This document shows positions 26,487 to 39,961 of a stretch of 64,000 nucleotides of DNA, piece after piece (position 1 is the stretch's first letter; each line of letters begins with the position of its first letter). Source of the DNA: Eledone cirrhosa (Eukaryota); assembly GCA_964016885.1 (NCBI GenBank), contig OZ024741.1, forward strand, positions 82,894,001 to 82,958,000. The letters are read 5' to 3'. A model generated the notes under the pieces. The model made no database searches. It worked only from the letters and a program-made list of their open reading frames with translations, and was not told the origin of the DNA. The translations under genes and the position numbers were made by a program.

Positions 26487-26814
26487 CCTTGCCTGGCTTT
26501 CAGGAGAATATAGGAAAGGTGTTTCCTCAAAAACCAGTATGACTCTAAAAACCGGTTTGTCTGTGTGTTTACATACAGAATAGCTGGACACTCACAGTAA
26601 AGTGACCAGTGAAAAACTCGGTACATCTACATATGTATACGTGTGTGTATTCATATGCATACTAGTATTTCAGTATACATATGTGGATGTACATTTTTAA
26701 CTTAATTGTTTAAGCGTCAGTCATACAAAAGTGAGTTACAAACGAAACGAAATTTAATTTCGTTTCGTTATTTGTTTTTATCGTCTCCGTTGAACCGGTA
26801 CGTACTCACGCTCT

Positions 26815-26862
26815 ATGCAAATTAGTCTGCCCACTACTTATTTTCATAGAAAAAGCATATAA
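26815..26862 (+). promoter_or_regulatory. Putative internal snRNA-type promoter: octamer ATGCAAAT + TATA-like CATATAA (in every unit)
   Basis: Octamer at 26815, catata at 26856. Same pair with 42-43 bp spacing at 48814/48856 and 42852/42895. Confidence 0.5.
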
Positions 26863-29800
26863 CGATATGTGCTTTTACGATTCTCTAGAGAGGCCGGAAG
26901 ATAGGTAAATATTGCTGATGAGATGTAACAACATCGAAACTAGTTCAATATTCCTTGCCTGGCTTTCAGGAGAATATAGGAAAGGTGTTTCCTCAAAAAC
27001 CAGTATGACTCTAAAAACCGGTTTGTCTGTGTGTTTACATACAGAATAGCTGGACACTCACAGTAAAGTGACCAGTGAAAAACTCGGTACATCTACATAT
27101 GTATACGTGTGTGTATTCATATGCATACTAGTATTTCAGTATACATATGTGGATGTACATTTTTAACTTAATTGTTTAAGCGTCAGTCATACAAAAGTGA
27201 GTTACAAACGAAACGAAATTTAATTTCGTTTCGTTATTTGTTTTTATCGTCTCCGTTGAACCGGTACGTACTCACGCTCTATGCAAATTAGTCTGCCCAC
27301 TACTTATTTTCATAGAAAAAGCATATAACGATATGTGCTTTTACGATTCTCTAGAGAGGCCGGAAGATAGGTAAATATTGCTGATGAGATGTAACAACAT
27401 CGAAACTAGTTCAATATTCCTTGCCTGGCTTTCAGGAGAATATAGGAAAGGTGTTTCCTCAAAAACCAGTATGACTCTAAAAACCGGTTTGTCTGTGTGT
27501 TTACATACAGAATAGCTGGACACTCACAGTAAAGTGACCAGTGAAAAACTCGGTACATCTACATATGTATACGTGTGTGTATTCATATGCATACTAGTAT
27601 TTCAGTATACATATGTGGATGTACATTTTTAACTTAATTGTTTAAGCGTCAGTCATACAAAAGTGAGTTACAAACGAAACGAAATTTAATTTCGTTTCGT
27701 TATTTGTTTTTATCGTCTCCGTTGAACCGGTACGTACTCACGCTCTATGCAAATTAGTCTGCCCACTACTTATTTTCATAGAAAAAGCATATAACGATAT
27801 GTGCTTTTACGATTCTCTAGAGAGGCCGGAAGATAGGTAAATATTGCTGATGAGATGTAACAACATCGAAACTAGTTCAATATTCCTTGCCTGGCTTTCA
27901 GGAGAATATAGGAAAGGTGTTTCCTCAAAAACCAGTATGACTCTAAAAACCGGTTTGTCTGTGTGTTTACATACAGAATAGCTGGACACTCACAGTAAAG
28001 TGACCAGTGAAAAACTCGGTACATCTACATATGTATACGTGTGTGTATTCATATGCATACTAGTATTTCAGTATACATATGTGGATGTACATTTTTAACT
28101 TAATTGTTTAAGCGTCAGTCATACAAAAGTGAGTTACAAACGAAACGAAATTTAATTTCGTTTCGTTATTTGTTTTTATCGTCTCCGTTGAACCGGTACG
28201 TACTCACGCTCTATGCAAATTAGTCTGCCCACTACTTATTTTCATAGAAAAAGCATATAACGATATGTGCTTTTACGATTCTCTAGAGAGGCCGGAAGAT
28301 AGGTAAATATTGCTGATGAGATGTAACAACATCGAAACTAGTTCAATATTCCTTGCCTGGCTTTCAGGAGAATATAGGAAAGGTGTTTCCTCAAAAACCA
28401 GTATGACTCTAAAAACCGGTTTGTCTGTGTGTTTACATACAGAATAGCTGGACACTCACAGTAAAGTGACCAGTGAAAAACTCGGTACATCTACATATGT
28501 ATACGTGTGTGTATTCATATGCATACTAGTATTTCAGTATACATATGTGGATGTACATTTTTAACTTAATTGTTTAAGCGTCAGTCATACAAAAGTGAGT
28601 TACAAACGAAACGAAATTTAATTTCGTTTCGTTATTTGTTTTTATCGTCTCCGTTGAACCGGTACGTACTCACGCTCTATGCAAATTAGTCTGCCCACTA
28701 CTTATTTTCATAGAAAAAGCATATAACGATATGTGCTTTTACGATTCTCTAGAGAGGCCGGAAGATAGGTAAATATTGCTGATGAGATGTAACAACATCG
28801 AAACTAGTTCAATATTCCTTGCCTGGCTTTCAGGAGAATATAGGAAAGGTGTTTCCTCAAAAACCAGTATGACTCTAAAAACCGGTTTGTCTGTATGTTT
28901 ACATACAGAATAGCTGGACACTCACAGTAAAGTGACCAGTGAAAAACTCGGTACATCTACATATGTATACGTGTGTGTATTCATATGCATACTAGTATTT
29001 CAGTATACATATGTGGATGTACATTTTTAACTTAATTGTTTAAGCGTCAGTCATACAAAAGTGAGTTACAAACGAAACGAAATTTAATTTCGTTTCGTTA
29101 TTTGTTTTTATCGTCTCCGTTGAACCGGTACGTACTCACGCTCTATGCAAATTAGTCTGCCCACTACTTATTTTCATAGAAAAAGCATATAACGATATGT
29201 GCTTTTACGATTCTCTAGAGAGGCCGGAAGATAGGTAAATATTGCTGATGAGATGTAACAACATCGAAACTAGTTCAATATTCCTTGCCTGGCTTTCAGG
29301 AGAATATAGGAAAGGTGTTTCCTCAAAAACCAGTATGACTCTAAAAACCGGTTTGTCTGTGTGTTTACATACAGAATAGCTGGACACTCACAGTAAAGTG
29401 ACCAGTGAAAAACTCGGTACATCTACATATGTATACGTGTGTGTATTCATATGCATACTAGTATTTCAGTATACATATGTGGATGTACATTTTTAACTTA
29501 ATTGTTTAAGCGTCAGTCATACAAAAGTGAGTTACAAACGAAACGAAATTTAATTTCGTTTCGTTATTTGTTTTTATCGTCTCCGTTGAACCGGTACGTA
29601 CTCACGCTCTATGCAAATTAGTCTGCCCACTACTTATTTTCATAAAAAAGCATATAACGAGATGTGCTTTTACGATTCTCTAGAGAGGCCGGAAGATAGG
29701 TAAATATTGCTGATGAGATGTAACAACATCGAAACTAGTTCAATATTCCTTGCCTGGCTTTCAGGAGAATATAGGAAAGGTGTTTCCTCAAAAACCAGTA

Positions 29801-32800
29801 TGACTCTAAAAACCGGTTTGTCTGTGTGTTTACATACAGAATAGCTGGACACTCACAGTAAAGTGACCAGTGAAAAACTCGGTACATCTACATATGTATA
29901 CGTGTGTGTATTCATATGCATACTAGTATTTCAGTATACATATGTGGATGTACATTTTTAACTTAATTGTTTAAGCGTCAGTCATACAAAAGTGAGTTAC
30001 AAACGAAACGAAATTTAATTTCGTTTCGTTATTTGTTTTTATCGTCTCCGTTGAACCGGTACGTACTCACGCTCTATGCAAATTAGTCTGCCCACTACTT
30101 ATTTTCATAGAAAAAGCATATAACGATATGTGCTTTTACGATTCTCTAGAGAGGCCGGAAGATAGGTAAATATTGCTGATGAGATGTAACAACATCGAAA
30201 CTAGTTCAATATTCCTTGCCTGGCTTTCAGGAGAATATAGGAAAGGTGTTTCCTCAAAAACCAGTATGACTCTAAAAACCGGTTTGTCTGTATGTTTACA
30301 TACAGAATAGCTGGACACTCACAGTAAAGTGACCAGTGAAAAACTCGGTACATCTACATATGTATACGTGTGTGTATTCATATGCATACTAGTATTTCAG
30401 TATACATATGTGGATGTACATTTTTAACTTAATTGTTTAAGCGTCAGTCATACAAAAGTGAGTTACAAACGAAACGAAATTTAATTTCGTTTCGTTATTT
30501 GTTTTTATCGTCTCCGTTGAACCGGTACGTACTCACGCTCTATGCAAATTAGTCTGCCCACTACTTATTTTCATAGAAAAAGCATATAACGATATGTGCT
30601 TTTACGATTCTCTAGAGAGGCCGGAAGATAGGTAAATATTGCTGATGAGATGTAACAACATCGAAACTAGTTCAATATTCCTTGCCTGGCTTTCAGGAGA
30701 ATATAGAAAAGGTGTTTCCTCAAAAACCAGTATGATTCTAAAAACCGGTTTGTCTGTGTGTTTACATACAGAATAGCTGGACACTCACAGTAAAGTGACC
30801 AGTGAAAAACTCGGTACATCTACATATGTATACGTGTGTGTATTCATATGCATACTAGTATTTCAGTATACATATGTGGATGTACATTTTTAACTTAATT
30901 GTTTAAGCGTCAGTCATACAAAAGTGAGTTACAAACGAAACGAAATTTAATTTCGTTTCGTTATTTGTTTTTATCGTCTCCGTTGAACCGGTACGTACTC
31001 ACGCTCTATGCAAATTAGTCTGCCCACTACTTATTTTCATAGAAAAAGCATATAACGATATGTGCTTTTACGATTCTCTAGAGAGGCCGGAAGATAGGTA
31101 AATATTGCTGATGAGATGTAACAACATCGAAACTAGTTCAATATTCCTTGCCTGGCTTTCAGGAGAATATAGGAAAGGTGTTTCCTCAAAAACCAGTATG
31201 ACTCTAAAAACCGGTTTGTCTGTGTGTTTACATACAGAATAGCTGGACACTCACAGTAAAGTGACCAGTGAAAAACTCGGTACATCTACATATGTATACG
31301 TGTGTGTATTCATATGCATACTAGTATTTCAGTATACATATGTGGATGTACATTTTTAACTTAATTGTTTAAGCGTCAGTCATACAAAAGTGAGTTACAA
31401 ACGAAACGAAATTTAATTTCCTTTCGTTATTTGTTTTTATCGTCTCCGTTGAACCGGTACGTACTCACGCTCTATGCAAATTAGTCTGCCCACTACTTAT
31501 TTTCATAGAAAAAAGCATATAACGATATGTGCTTTTACGATTCTCTAGAGAGGCCGGAAGATAGGTAAATATTGCTGATGAGATGTAACAACATCGAAAC
31601 TAGTTCAATATTCCTTGCCTGGCTTTCAGGAGAATATAGGAAAGGTGTTTCCTCAAAAACCAGTATGACTCTAAAAACCGGTTTGTCTGTGTGTTTACAT
31701 ACAGAATAGCTGGACACTCACAGTAAAGTGACCAGTGAAAAACTCGGTACATCTACATATGTATACGTGTGTGTATTCATATGCATACTAGTATTTCAGT
31801 ATACATATGTGGATGTACATTTTTAACTTAATTGTTTAAGCGTCAGTCATACAAAAGTGAGTTACAAACGAAACGAAATTTAATTTCGTTTCGTTATTTG
31901 TTTTTATCGTCTCCGTTGAACCGGTACGTACTCACGCTCTATGCAAATTAGTCTGCCCACTACTTATTTTCATAAAAAAGCATATAACGATATGTGCTTT
32001 TACGATTCTCTAGAGAGGCCGGAAGATAGGTAAATATTGCTGATGAGATGTAACAACATCGAAACTAGTTCAATATTCCTTGCCTGGCTTTCAGGAGAAT
32101 ATAGGAAAGGTGTTTCCTCAAAAACCAGTATGACTCTAAAAACCGGTTTGTCTGTGTGTTTACATACAGAATAGCTGGACACTCACAGTAAAGTGACCAG
32201 TGAAAAACTCGGTACATCTACATATGTATACGTGTGTGTATTCATATGCATACTAGTATTTCAGTATACATATGTGGATGTACATTTTTAACTTAATTGT
32301 TTAAGCGTCAGTCATACAAAAGTGAGTTACAAACGAAACGAAATTTAATTTCGTTTCGTTATTTGTTTTTATCGTCTCCGTTGAACCGGTACGTACTCAC
32401 GCTCTATGCAAATTAGTCTGCCCACTACTTATTTTCATAGAAAAAGCATATAACGATATGTGCTTTTACGATTCTCTAGAGAGGCCGGAAGATAGGTAAA
32501 TATTGCTGATGAGATGTAACAACATCGAAACTAGTTCAATATTCCTTGCCTGGCTTTCAGGAGAATATAGGAAAGGTGTTTCCTCAAAAACCAGTATGAC
32601 TCTAAAAACCGGTTTGTCTGTATGTTTACATACAGAATAGCTGGACACTCACAGTAAAGTGACCAGTGAAAAACTCGGTACATCTACATATGTATACGTG
32701 TGTGTATTCATATGCATACTAGTATTTCAGTATACATATGTGGATGTACATTTTTAACTTAATTGTTTAAGCGTCAGTCATACAAAAGTGAGTTACAAAC

Positions 32801-34157
32801 GAAACGAAATTTAATTTCGTTTCGTTATTTGTTTTTATCGTCTCCGTTGAACCGGTACGTACTCACGCTCTATGCAAATTAGTCTGCCCACTACTTATTT
32901 TCATAGAAAAAGCATATAACGATATGTGCTTTTACGATTCTCTAGAGAGGCCGGAAGATAGGTAAATATTGCTGATGAGATGTAACAACATCGAAACTAG
33001 TTCAATATTCCTTGCCTGGCTTTCAGGAGAATATAGGAAAGGTGTTTCCTCAAAAACCAGTATGATTCTAAAAACCGGTTTGTCTGTGTGTTTACATACA
33101 GAATAGCTGGACACTCACAGTAAAGTGACCAGTGAAAAACTCGGTACATCTACATATGTATACGTGTGTGTATTCATATGCATACTAGTATTTCAGTATA
33201 CATATGTGGATGTACATTTTTAACTTAATTGTTTAAGCGTCAGTCATACAAAAGTGAGTTACAAACGAAACGAAATTTAATTTCGTTTCGTTATTTGTTT
33301 TTATCGTCTCCGTTGAACCGGTACGTACTCACGCTCTATGCAAATTAGTCTGCCCACTACTTATTTTCATAGAAAAAGCATATAACGATATGTGCTTTTA
33401 CGATTCTCTAGAGAGGCCGGAAGATAGGTAAATATTGCTGATGAGATGTAACAACATCGAAACTAGTTCAATATTCCTTGCCTGGCTTTCAGGAGAATAT
33501 AGGAAAGGTGTTTCCTCAAAAACCAGTATGACTCTAAAAACCGGTTTGTCTGTGTGTTTACATACAGAATAGCTGGACACTCACAGTAAAGTGACCAGTG
33601 AAAAACTCGGTACATCTACATATGTATACGTGTGTGTATTCATATGCATACTAGTATTTCAGTATACATATGTGGATGTACATTTTTAACTTAATTGTTT
33701 AAGCGTCAGTCATACAAAAGTGAGTTACAAACGAAACGAAATTTAATTTCGTTTCGTTATTTGTTTTTATCGTCTCCGTTGAACCGGTACGTACTCACGC
33801 TCTATGCAAATTAGTCTGGCCACTACTTATTTTCATAGAAAAAAGCATATAACGATATGTGCTTTTACGATTCTCTAGAGAGGCCGGAAGATAGGTAAAT
33901 ATTGCTGATGAGATGTAACAACATCGAAACTAGTTCAATATTCCTTGCCTGGCTTTCAGGAGAATATAGGAAAGGTGTTTCCTCAAAAACCAGTATGACT
34001 CTAAAAACCGGTTTGTCTGTGTGTTTACATACAGAATAGCTGGACACTCACAGTAAAGTGACCAGTGAAAAACTCGGTACATCTACATATGTATACGTGT
34101 GTGTATTCATATGCATACTATTATTTCAGTATACATATGTGGATGTACATTTTTAAC

Positions 34158-34222
<65 letters not shown>

Positions 34223-34674
34223 TATATACATACGAAGCATTACCACTATATTAATATGGTTCTCGTATACAGTTTGTGTATACAACTAAATTCGCTTCAT
34301 TCATCTTACTCTGTTTATAAGTCGCATTTTAAAGGAAATAAGATATTTGACTTCACACGGTAAATATAATTTTAGTAAAGTAGTGTTTTTGTAGTCTCGC
34401 CGTATTGATTCAATTAATATCACTTGTTAAATAATTGTCCTGGTGCATAGTATGCCAAATCATTCCTAGTTTTATCTAGAGAATTAATGACCAGGTTCGA
34501 ATTGCTTGTTAAGGAGGTTGTTCATCGACATAGCATGTTAATAATAGATTTTAATAATTTTTAATAATTATTCCTATTTTTACTATGAAATACCATAAGG
34601 GTAATTAATGCTATGAATGAACGTACCCATGTTTGCTCATATAAACAGACACACTCGCGCATATAAACACACTC

Positions 34675-34796
<122 letters not shown>

Positions 34797-34863
34797 AATT
34801 AAGAACTCAGGGTAGTCCCTTACAATTAAATAGCTCTAAGAAAAAAGCTTTTCCGAGCCGTAC

Positions 34864-35655
34864 AATATAATTGAATAAACAAGAGAGATGAACACTAATA
34901 TAAACATACATGTGTTCGAATCGTAAGGACCAAAATTTGCTAGGGTGAACAAATACTAACTACAGCAATATAGTTTGTTATCCTTAACTTTAAATATTAA
35001 ATTAAGAAAAATAAAGAAAAATAACAGACCGATATTGGGCAAAAGTGCCTGCTAACAACTAGACAGTGTTGGAGACTGTTCGCAACGACTTATTAAGTGA
35101 AGTTCTCACGTTTCTCTGCTCTTCAGTAGTTGTTGAGAAATTAATGATCCTTTCACTTCTAAAACTATTAGAGAATGGATTGTGTACGATATGAAATTAT
35201 CGCACGTGTCATTCGGAACCCAGCTTGTCTCAAAATTCCCTGCCGCTAAAATAGCAGCCTGGCAGACAGGACAATAACAATTAGCTCTACATGATGGAGC
35301 CGACAATACACAGGCGACAATTTCATATCGTACAGAATTCATTTTCTAATATTTTTAGAAGTGAAAGCATCACTAATTTCTCAACAACTACTGAGGAGCA
35401 GAGAAACGTGAGAACTTCACTTAATAAGTCGTTGCGAAACAGTCTCCAACGCTGTCTAGTTGTTACCAGGCATTTTTGCCCAATATAGGTCTGTTATTTT
35501 TCTAAATTTTTCTTAATTTAATATTTAAAGTTAAGGATAACAGACTATATTGTTGTAGTTAGTATTTTTTCACCCTAGCAAATGTTGGTCCTTACGATTC
35601 AGACACATGTATGTTTATATTAGTGTTCATCTCTCTTGTTTATTCAATTATATTA
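34864..35655. mobile_element. Foldback element (~350-bp arms, ~75-bp spacer) with an HHR in each arm
   Basis: aatataattgaataaacaagagagatgaacac at the left end mirrors gtgttcatctctcttgtttattcaattatatt at the right end. Pairing continues inward to tgtacgatatgaaat / atttcatatcgtaca. Confidence 0.88.
35383..35464 (+). ncRNA. Type I hammerhead ribozyme with complete stem III (mirror copy 35054-35134, minus strand, lacks one A of GAAA)
   Basis: aacaacta CTGAGGA gca[32 nt]tgc GAAA cag[tctccaacg]ctg TC tagttgtt: 8-bp stem I, GUC site. Confidence 0.75.
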
Positions 35656-35679
35656 TATATATATACACATGTATATATA

Positions 35680-36222
35680 TATTACTGTGCGTCTGTATAC
35701 ATATATGTATGCACGTATTCATACTTATATTTAAGTAACAGCCATACTAAGAGTGAGAAATGAAATTTCGTTTCATTTTTTCCATTTATCGTTTTCGGTG
35801 CGCCCGGCCGATTAACTCACTCGATATGCAAATTAGGCTGCTCAGCCGTTAATATGCATAAGGAAAATATACACTTTCAGACGTTCAATCATCTGGCAGG
35901 AAGGTATACGGTGCTGAAGATAGCTAATAAGCTTGAAACTAGTACATCGTTCCTTTGTCAGTGTTGAACAAAAGGGCAACGGAGGGTTGCTAAACACTGT
36001 ACGGCTTAATCCGGGATGTTTGTTTACAAGCAAACCGAGCATTATAATAAATGTTCGGTAAATCCATACGTACATATATATATGAGTGCATGTATGTATA
36101 TATATACATACTAATGTACGTCTGTATACATATATGTATGTACGTATACATACTTATATATAAGTAACAGCCGCACTAGGTGTAAGAAATGAAATTTCGT
36201 TTCATTTTTTCCATTTATCGTT
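35680..36222 (+). mobile_element. Diverged ~1.25-unit copy of HHR repeat family 2 (~430-bp period); HHR at 35908-35950
   Basis: acggtg CTGAAGA tagct aata agctt GAAA ctag TA catcgt, with atgcaaattaggctgctcagcc upstream. Homologous to 48786-50187. Confidence 0.85.
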
Positions 36223-37056
36223 ATACATACTTATATTCAATCTTAAAACATTACATACATAAATAATTACAATAAAGACTAAATATATTTTTTAAAAGAC
36301 TTAAATTATGTATAAAATATATATAATATATAGGGAAACATATAAAAAGAAACATTTGCATCTTAACATATAGCATAATTGATTAAATCTAGTGGAGTTA
36401 CATTAAGTTTAGTTATAGATAAGTTAATTTATTATTATCTGGTTAAAGTTTCGTATCATTATTTTATTAAGGGGTTGATAAAATCAGGTACCAATAATGT
36501 ACCGGGATAATTGATGACCTTGTGTTACAAACAGAAACACTTATTTTATTATTTACACTAATTGATAATATTTATGTGGGCAAGGGGAAAGAATCTCAGG
36601 TTTTCTGTTAAATATTACTAGTTTGGAGTCTCTTAAGTCGTTGAGATTTTTGCAGTTTCGACCTGAAACCAATAATACAATAATACATTAGTAAATAATA
36701 CATTAGTAAATATTTCTTAGACTAAATGTAGCCGAATCTATACATCAGAGATAGCGGCTATAGGCTCTGACCATTCTGGTAGATACGGAGTTCGATTCTT
36801 CGTAGAGATCGCTAACAATTCTTTCCGCCTCTAGGGGTCTTTAATCGATTTTTATAAGCTAGTAACTGTGATTGCAGCTATTTTATGCGCCTGACCTCCT
36901 TACATCTTATGAATTTATATTCTGGGGTTTTCGTATATCCGAGCTGCACAAACGAGTGTCGTTTATGTAAATATATATATATATAAGTGTATCCCTGGTC
37001 CAATGTGTGTGTGTGTGGAGGGGGGGGGGTAATCACAGTATGTATGTTACTTAATA

Positions 37057-37108
37057 CTTAGCAGAGTATAAATATAACCCTTTCATTCGGAGGAATTCAT
37101 CAGCTGAG
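37057..37108 (-). ncRNA. Degenerate hammerhead relic
   Basis: Reverse complement: ctcag CTGATGA attc-ctcc-gaat GAAA gggt..actc TG ctaag. The cleavage triplet is non-canonical. Confidence 0.4.
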
Positions 37109-37389
37109 CCCTGATATATATATATATTTATTTTATTTTTATTTTTCCTTTCCTTCTTCCTTCTCCAGCCTCACTTTCATATAGCTTGCTTTTTTTGTTT
37201 TTAAGATCCAAATTCAATAAACAAACCAGGATTTTTTCATTCTGAGGATTGAAAGCAAAACCTTTTGCTTTTAAGAAACCACTGGTAAATGGAATAATTG
37301 CCTTATGTTGTTTATTACATAATAATAATATATATATATTTATATATATATATATATATACGTATATATATGTATATATATATATAACA

Positions 37390-37555
37390 AAGAGGGAGTG
37401 GTAAGATACCAGGTGGACCATAACGCACCAGTGCGATACTTGGGGTAGTAGATTGGGTAATATGAAAAGATTCAGTCAGGACCCCGACGGCTGAGCTCCG
37501 GCCGTTAGACAGCTAGATTAAGCTGTCGAGACGGCGAGGGTCCTTAATCTTTTCA
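37390..37555 (+). repeat. Dispersed hairpin-forming short repeat between (TA)n tracts; second copy at 54838-55043
   Basis: Both copies share ataccaggtgga(c/t)cataa, gggtagtaga(t/g)tgggta and gacggctgagctccgg..cagctagat. Confidence 0.75.
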
Positions 37556-37589
37556 TATATATATATACGCTCTCTCCCCCTCTCTCTCC

Positions 37590-37671
<82 letters not shown>

Positions 37672-39747
37672 TACAAACATACACATATAAATGCATTATG
37701 TTGTAAAACAGTAAATTTCATAAAATTACAATTACGTATTGTTTTGTAATGTCTGGTTTGTTGTTATTTTTTGTCAGATATATCTGTCAAATAATGGCAG
37801 ACAAGTTTCTTCATTGATTTATCGTACAAAATATACAATGTCCTAACATTGTTATGTATATTTAATTTTTTATTTCAATATTCTGATATTTATTATTATT
37901 GTTATTGCTGTTATTTTCTCGTTTTGTTTTGCCATCATCTCCCATCACTTTGTCTATGATTCTAACTTAAAAAAACACATATTTTTTAGATTTCATTCTT
38001 AAACTCATCTTTTTTCGACCGTTTTCTTCTGTTGTTATTATTCGCATTCTATTATTTTTCTCTTTCTTTTGGTTTTCCTGCTTTATTCTTTTTCGTCTCC
38101 CCTTTTAATTTCTTTTGTTTCATATTATATCCCTAGTGTTTTAAATCCAACCGAGACAATTTCCTTACCTTTGTTATAGTTTCCAACTACTATTGTTCCA
38201 GTTGTTTTTTTAAAGGTCTCGCTATGTTATGTCTTATGAATATACTTGTAATTTGGTGTTATTCATTTGCATTTTTTTTTTCATGTAAAGCCTTAGAATG
38301 GTTTTGAAAATCTACCGGAAATAGATCGTATATAACTATGTCTAATTCATAGACCTACCTTGAGAATGAACTGACAATCGTTACCGCATCGGATAGAATA
38401 GTTTGCACTATTCACCCAACACCTCTGCTTTCTGAATCGGAATCTTGTCCATTCAGGCCAGCTTCGCCTTACATTATTTCAGAGTGGAGAAATAGTATGG
38501 TTCCAGTATTGAGGCCGATTACCCACTCGACTACTTTTTCTTTTTCTTTCTCTCTCTTCCTCTTTCACTCCTCTCTCTCTCCTTCCCTCACTCTCTCTCA
38601 CTAGAAGAAGAAGAAGAAGAAGAAGAAGAAGAAGAAGAAGAAGAAGAAGAAGAAGAAGAAGAAGAAGAAGAAGAAATCAACTAGTCATTTAAAGCACTGT
38701 AACATTCTTGTGTGTGTGTGAATGTATATATTTACAATTATGTCAGTGTCTCTAAAGATAAGTACAAGACATGCACATGAGTTCTGGTGGCGATATGACC
38801 GACTACATTACGTTAGGGCTCCAGGATAACCACAGTTTTATGACAGAAAATAGTAAAAGAATAAAAGAATAAATTCGTATGTATAAAATACTATTGAAGA
38901 GTTCTGAGTGTCTGCTCTATCTGCTGTTGTACCTCCTAAAAATGAAAATATATTGCCATGTACCGATGTGTTTCGCTTACAAATCTATAGAGGGCATAAA
39001 GTATGTTTCCTTCTTTTGACTTCAACATTCACACACTCTTTAATGGTCTAATATTTTCTTGGAAGTATTTTATTCTTTCTATGAGTGATATTCTTAAGTG
39101 TGTGTGTGTTTTCTATGGGATTCCAGTTTTATTTTTTTTCCTGACAGTTATTTTTCCCATTTAAGTAATTTGTAATATTTGTTCTTCATTTCATGTGAAT
39201 GTTTCCCTTCTTCTTGCGAACTTGGCCTTCCTTTCTGACATCTAATGCATATAACTTGCATTGTTGATATAAACTGCTTCGTTTGCATCTGCTTGCTTTA
39301 ATATAGAATGTTCTGTCAGTTTACTCTTCATGAAACATCCATCATTCCATTCTCGTTTCAGGTATATACGCTACAAGTGTTTGTCGCTTAAAGGCACACA
39401 CTAAATATCTGACGCACGAAAGGGCAATGGAAATGAACCAATATTTATTCCAAATATCTTCAAAAAATAGATATTTTCCCCTCAATTATTCTCGCTGGAT
39501 GATCTTAATATAATTATAAATATATTTAATTATAATATAGCCCAGGCTGAGAAAAATAGATCCATGTTTAAGGACGTACCGGATGAAAATAAGTATTTCA
39601 GTGAGATATTGTCTATCCACTGGAGCTCAAGATGGACAAGATCTAAATTTATATATACAGATAACTAAATTAGCTAAAATGCAAAGACGCCATATACAAG
39701 GATATATGCAAAATAAGGTAATACATTTAATGTTTCACACACAGTCA

Positions 39748-39844
<97 letters not shown>

Positions 39845-39845
39845 A

Positions 39846-39961
<116 letters not shown>

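Larger units (their letters stand above)
26411..34163 (+). repeat. Right arm of 466-bp tandem array (inverted relative to the left arm): ~16.6 units, 17 hammerheads on the plus strand
   Basis: Reverse complement of the left-arm unit, 465-467 bp period. Ends at ttttaacttaatt followed by (TA)n. Confidence 0.97.

Noticed and set aside
22336-34047. 26 copies of a 60-aa ORF (MSSYSVCKHTDKPVF...) as a tandem gene family
   Set aside because: GTG start in a eukaryote, no recognisable domain, antisense to the HHR, and the frame start differs in the 10-kb sibling. It is a by-product of the repeat.
22147-34163. CRISPR array, or rDNA/5S/snRNA/histone tandem cluster
   Set aside because: No unique spacers or cas genes, and no recognisable 5S, tRNA, snRNA or histone sequence in the unit.
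36750-36810. tRNA gene (ggagttcgattc B-box)
   Set aside because: No cloverleaf could be folded; more likely a decayed SINE head.
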